This document shows positions 60,069-64,000 of a stretch of 64,000 nucleotides of DNA, in pieces. Position 1 is the first letter of the stretch, and the number at the start of each line of letters is the position of its first letter. Made by a program: the position numbers and the translations under genes. Below the pieces are notes generated by a model. The model ran no database searches and was not told the DNA's origin. It saw only the letters and a program-made list of their open reading frames with translations. Source of the stretch: an uncultured bacterium (GTDB lineage: Bacteria; Bacteroidota; Bacteroidia; Bacteroidales; Paludibacteraceae). The stretch lies in the NCBI GenBank assembly GCA_946542925.1, contig CAMNLA010000006.1, forward strand, positions 19,512 to 83,511. Direction: 5' to 3'.

Positions 60069-61565
60069 CTATACCTTACCTATTGATCGGATGGTTCCCG
60101 CCTCTAGCTCTATACGGTGTGTGATGCAAGTCGGGATTTCATCAGGAGAATGAGATACATAGATGAGCGTGGCATCCGTTGCCGTACAGATGGAATCCAA
60201 CAAACCGATGAAACGCTGGGACTGCTCATAGTCGATACCCTGACAGGGCTCGTCCAATATAAGTAGTGGTGGATTCTTTATGAGAGCTCGGATTAGGAGA
60301 AGCATGCGCTGCTCACCAAGGGAAATCTCCGAAAAATTCTTTTTCAGAAGACCTTCCAGACCCAACGCCTTCATCCACTCTTTCGTAACCGACTCCTGCC
60401 ACTGGGTCGGACGAGAGGAAAATCCCACTTCATCATTGAATCCGGAAACAACCACATTAAGGCACGGCAGGTCTCGCACGGAAGTATGCGAGGAGGAAGA
60501 AATCTTGTGTTGGCTTAGGAAATAGAGATGAAGTTCCGGACTGACAAAGCCGATCTTCTTCTTGATGTCCCAAATACTCTCTCCGCTTCCGCGAGGCTGA
60601 CCGAAAAGCGAGATGTCATTGGCGTACGCCTGCGGATTGTCTGCCGTTATCAGACTCAATAGCGTGGATTTACCCGAACCATTATGACCAGCAAGATGCC
60701 ACCGCTCATGGTCTCTGACCTCCCAATTGATATGACTCAAGAGAGGTTCGCCCTGCATGGTGATGTGAACATCTCGCATTCGGACCACGTAGCCGTACTC
60801 CGGACGGTCGTTCGTCTTGGGCAAATGGATTTCTCCTGAGGCGACAGGCTGTTTGCGTCTTACCTTCTCCATTTCATCACAATAAGTCGATGCATCCTCT
60901 ATTCGTTTGATTTTGCCTCTCTCCAGTTCAATTACTCGGTCTGCAAACACGGGAATTTCTTTGACACCACAGACAAGGAATACCGTTTTTCCCGTTTCCT
61001 TTAGTTTCTGCATGCTCTTTCGCAACAGTTCCCGCGTTAGCGTATCAAGACCCAAAAAGGGCTGGTCCATTACATAGAGGTCTGCTTCATGCAAGAGAGC
61101 CAACGCAATCTGCGTCCGTTTCCGCTCTCCGTTACTTAACTGCAACAGGTTTCGCGTCAATAACGGATGAATGTTCAGTTGCGAGTATATCTCTTCCTTT
61201 CGGCTTTTTCCTTCAAGTTTTTCCAGTTTCTTCTCCAACCACTTCCCCACTTGAGGAAGTTCTTCCATTTCCTCCGAATATTCGTATCGCTGACCATAAT
61301 AGGTCTGAGTCATTCCTGTTTGGGAAAAAAAGTTGTCCTGCTGTGGGACATAGAAGGGTTGAATCCCTTCTCCTTTCTCCACTGTTCCTCCATAGGCCGC
61401 CAGCTCGCCCGCCACCAGCTGTGCCAACGTTGTCTTTCCGCTGCCCGCTGCTCCGACAAGAGCAACAACTTCTCCCTTTTCAACACGGAAACTCACTCCG
61501 CGGAGAATCATATTCATGTCTTTTTTTACAAAGGCGTTTCGTGCCGAAAATACTACTTCATTCAT
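60069..61565 (-). CDS. Tandem-cassette ABC ATPase without membrane domain (ModF-like)
   Basis: Cassette 1: GAAGSGKTTLAQL, LSNGERKRTQIALAL, LYVMDQP. Cassette 2: GHNGSGKSTLLSL, ISLGEQRMLLLIRAL, LLILDEPCQGID. Confidence 0.8.
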   Translation of the reverse strand: MNEVVFSARNAFVKKDMNMILRGVSFRVEKGEVVALVGAAGSGKTTLAQLVAGELAAYGGTVEKGEGIQPFYVPQQDNFFSQTGMTQTYYGQRYEYSEEMEELPQVGKWLEKKLEKLEGKSRKEEIYSQLNIHPLLTRNLLQLSNGERKRTQIALALLHEADLYVMDQPFLGLDTLTRELLRKSMQKLKETGKTVFLVCGVKEIPVFADRVIELERGKIKRIEDASTYCDEMEKVRRKQPVASGEIHLPKTNDRPEYGYVVRMRDVHITMQGEPLLSHINWEVRDHERWHLAGHNGSGKSTLLSLITADNPQAYANDISLFGQPRGSGESIWDIKKKIGFVSPELHLYFLSQHKISSSSHTSVRDLPCLNVVVSGFNDEVGFSSRPTQWQESVTKEWMKALGLEGLLKKNFSEISLGEQRMLLLIRALIKNPPLLILDEPCQGIDYEQSQRFIGLLDSICTATDATLIYVSHSPDEIPTCITHRIELEAGTIRSIGKV

Positions 61566-61582
61566 GCCAATGGATTCCTTTC

Positions 61583-62926
61583 TTAGATTACTCCTATCAA
61601 TGTCAGAAACAAGAGAGCAACAAATATCGGTGAAACAAAACGGATGAGGAAGCGCAACACGACATAATTAATCGACGGGCTTTCATTTTCGCTGTTTGTC
61701 AGTTGACTTTGCAACACCCTGCTCGGCATGATCCAGCCGGCAAACAGTACAATGAAAAATCCTCCCAAGGGCAACATGACGTTGGAGGAAACCGAGTCGA
61801 AGATATCAAACAACGGTTTCCCGCCAATCTCAAACCATCCATGACCGGATAGGGACAGCGCACACATACTTCCCGTTACCGACATGGTCAACGCAATCGC
61901 CAGACAGGCTTTCCAGCGTTTCATCCGCAATTCTTCAGAAGCAAAAGCCGTGACGGTCTCCAACAACGACACCTGCGACGTCACGGCAGCAAAATACACC
62001 AGAAGGAAAAACAAGATGGAAAATCCATAACCTCCTGGCATCTGCTGAAAGATGTTCGGCATCGTGTTGAAAAGGAGTGTCGGACCCTGTGTGGGCTCCA
62101 GACCGAACGAGAAGACGGCTGGGAAAATAACCATACCGGAAAGAATGGCAACCAAAGAATCGAAAGTGACTATGCCGAGTGCCGTTTTCGGAAGATTACG
62201 GTCCGAACTGATATAGGACCCATACGTCAACATGGCTCCCATACCCAACGAAAGGGAGAAAAAAGATTGACCCATCGCTGTCAGTACCGTTTGGAGACTT
62301 ATCTTCTCAAAGTCGGGTTTCAAAAGAAAGGTCACGCCCTTCCACGACTCCGGCAGACAGAAAAGCGAATTACAGACTAAGATAAGTATCAGCACAAACA
62401 GGGCTGGCATCAGTATCTTGTTGAATCGTTCTATCCCCTTGCTCACTCCGAGAACCACAACCACTAACGAGATTCCTAACGAAACCAGGGCTTGAAGCGT
62501 CGGCCCCGTCCCTCCTGCAAGGAACAGGTCAAAATAGTTCTTGATCTCATCCGATGACTTTCCACTGAATTCGCCGACCACTGATGCCCGCAAAAATTCC
62601 AGTGACCATCCGCCGACTACCATATAGAAGGACGTAATGACATATGCTGCGGCTACCCCCAGAAATCCAACCAGAAACCACGGACCTGGAGCAATGTTCT
62701 TGAATGCGCGCATGGCATTGCACCGCTGACTGCGACCGATGGAGAGTTCGGACAGCATCACGGGCAACGAGACCAATAGACTGACACATAGGTAAACGAG
62801 CAGAAAGGCCGACCCTCCGTTCTCACCAGCCAGATAGGGAAATCGCCACAGATTACCCAAACCGACCACTGACCCCGCTACCGTTGCAAAGGTCCCGATT
62901 CTGCTGTTGAATTCTCCTCTGGCCAT
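61583..62926 (-). CDS. Sodium-dependent transporter (NSS/SNF family)
   Basis: GLGNLWRFPYLAGENGGSAFLLVY near the N-terminus, and 11-12 TM segments. Confidence 0.9.
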   Translation of the reverse strand: MARGEFNSRIGTFATVAGSVVGLGNLWRFPYLAGENGGSAFLLVYLCVSLLVSLPVMLSELSIGRSQRCNAMRAFKNIAPGPWFLVGFLGVAAAYVITSFYMVVGGWSLEFLRASVVGEFSGKSSDEIKNYFDLFLAGGTGPTLQALVSLGISLVVVVLGVSKGIERFNKILMPALFVLILILVCNSLFCLPESWKGVTFLLKPDFEKISLQTVLTAMGQSFFSLSLGMGAMLTYGSYISSDRNLPKTALGIVTFDSLVAILSGMVIFPAVFSFGLEPTQGPTLLFNTMPNIFQQMPGGYGFSILFFLLVYFAAVTSQVSLLETVTAFASEELRMKRWKACLAIALTMSVTGSMCALSLSGHGWFEIGGKPLFDIFDSVSSNVMLPLGGFFIVLFAGWIMPSRVLQSQLTNSENESPSINYVVLRFLIRFVSPIFVALLFLTLIGVI

Positions 62927-63627
62927 CAGTTTCTCCCTTTCTTCATCAACACCTCTGCTATCAACAGATCAATAGGTGTCGTTATTTTTATGTTTTCTCT
63001 GTTCCCATCGACCAGATAAATCACGCCTCCTGCCTTTTCATAAACCGACGCATCATCCGTCAACCGACCGAGCTCTTCTTCCGTCATCGTTGACAAGTGG
63101 GAATAGGAGGACTTTAAATCCGCGCTTCTGAACACTTGAGGTGTCTGTACCAGATGATAACGGCTTCGGTCAACGGCATACGTGCCGTTTTCTCCTTCCT
63201 CCCGAATACTATCTGTCAAAGAAACTACAGGAATGGCAGAGCCGTTTCTCTCTGCACCCTGGTAACATCGTTCTATCGTGTTCCGCGATACGAGCGGACG
63301 CACTCCGTCATGAATGCCCACAAGAACACCATCCGGAACATGTCTCAAACCGTTCTCTACGCTTTGGAGACGGCTTTCACCTCCTTCTATGACGACTATT
63401 TCTTCTCTGAATTCATGCTTCTCACACAGTTTGGCCCACTGTTTGCACTGACTGGAAGGAAGAACCAACAGGACATGCAAAGATTTGTCATATTCCAGAA
63501 ATCGTCTGATTGTATGCATCAGTATGGGGATACCGCAAATCGGGAGAAACTGCTTCGGCACATCCGACCCCATGCGCGTTCCTTTCCCTCCTGCTACTAT
63601 CACGACATATCGTTCCTGCTTTGACAT
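62926..63627 (-). CDS. ispD: 2-C-methyl-D-erythritol 4-phosphate cytidylyltransferase
   Basis: VIVAGGKGTRMGSDVPKQFL, later VLVGIHDGVRP and KITTPIDLLIAE. Its stop overlaps the downstream transporter start (ATGA at 62924-62928, minus strand). Confidence 0.92.
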   Translation of the reverse strand: MSKQERYVVIVAGGKGTRMGSDVPKQFLPICGIPILMHTIRRFLEYDKSLHVLLVLPSSQCKQWAKLCEKHEFREEIVVIEGGESRLQSVENGLRHVPDGVLVGIHDGVRPLVSRNTIERCYQGAERNGSAIPVVSLTDSIREEGENGTYAVDRSRYHLVQTPQVFRSADLKSSYSHLSTMTEEELGRLTDDASVYEKAGGVIYLVDGNRENIKITTPIDLLIAEVLMKKGRN

Positions 63628-63718
63628 CCCCTTGTTTTTGACATTACATTTTACATCAAAGCAAAGATAAAAAAATAATGATAACTTTGCAGCGTTTTAC
63701 ACATCATCATTCGTCACG

Positions 63719-64000
63719 GATGAAAGGAGTTGTTTTTCTTATATGTTTTGTTTTTGCCGGCTTTGATCTGTTGGCGCAGACTCAAAGTGGAATTAAGGCT
63801 GTTTTATCCGAACTCACCGACAATTCCGACCCTTCCAAAGGCTCCGTCACCATTCGCCAAGACCCTCGCATCGAAGAGTTGATGGAAAAACGGAAAGACA
63901 TACAACCGCCTGCCTCCCACCATAGCTCAACAATCGGTTCTTTTACCACCAACGTACGATCGGGAACAGGATACCGCGTACAGGTATTCTCCAGCAATGC
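63719..64000 (+). CDS. SPOR-domain protein, N-terminal part (runs off the window)
   Basis: My translation from the ATG at 63719 is MKGVVFLICFVFAGFDLLAQTQSGIKAVLSELTDNSDPSKGSVTIRQDPRIEELMEKRK...GTGYRVQVFSSN. It shows a signal peptide, and the window ends in the GYRVQVFS start typical of SPOR domains. Confidence 0.6.

Overview
This 64-kb chromosomal segment reads as Bacteroidota, probably Bacteroidales-like. It holds 51 densely packed protein-coding genes. Many are unambiguous housekeeping genes: rnr, gyrB, aroK, pyrE, argH, thiL, rpiB, pnp, thrC, ruvB, recG and ispD. Phylum-typical signals are present: TAnnTTTG -7 promoter motifs, DUF3108-like and DUF4254-like+GT9 genes, a SPOR protein, a GldA-like ABC ATPase, and an ApgM-like gene next to thrC. 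I saw no rRNA, tRNA, CRISPR array, transposase, integrase or phage genes. The accessory-looking content is envelope-glycan related. One part is an AT-rich cassette after argH: two convergent Wzx-like flippases sharing a CTAG stop, a fucosyltransferase-like protein and a FemAB-like protein. The other is a locus with two LtaS/sulfatase paralogues, a sigma-54 activator without an HTH domain, a third flippase and an O-antigen-ligase-like protein. Four items stand out. (i) A 1252-aa sensor/REC/REC/PPDK_N (ATP-grasp) protein is followed by a LuxR-type regulator whose receiver lacks the phospho-acceptor Asp; this is a candidate non-canonical signalling pair and my best guess for an undescribed system. 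(ii) Two composite low-complexity intergenic elements lie about 40 kb apart in inverted orientation; each joins ATAGATA/TATCTAT degenerate repeats to a 170-350-nt polypurine.polypyrimidine tract. (iii) A cytoplasmic GH16-fold protein has all three catalytic acidic residues replaced. (iv) Composition steps: roughly 9-37 kb is more AT-rich than 38-64 kb. All functional calls come from reading the translations and from memory of family motifs. No database search, HMM or folding computation was run.
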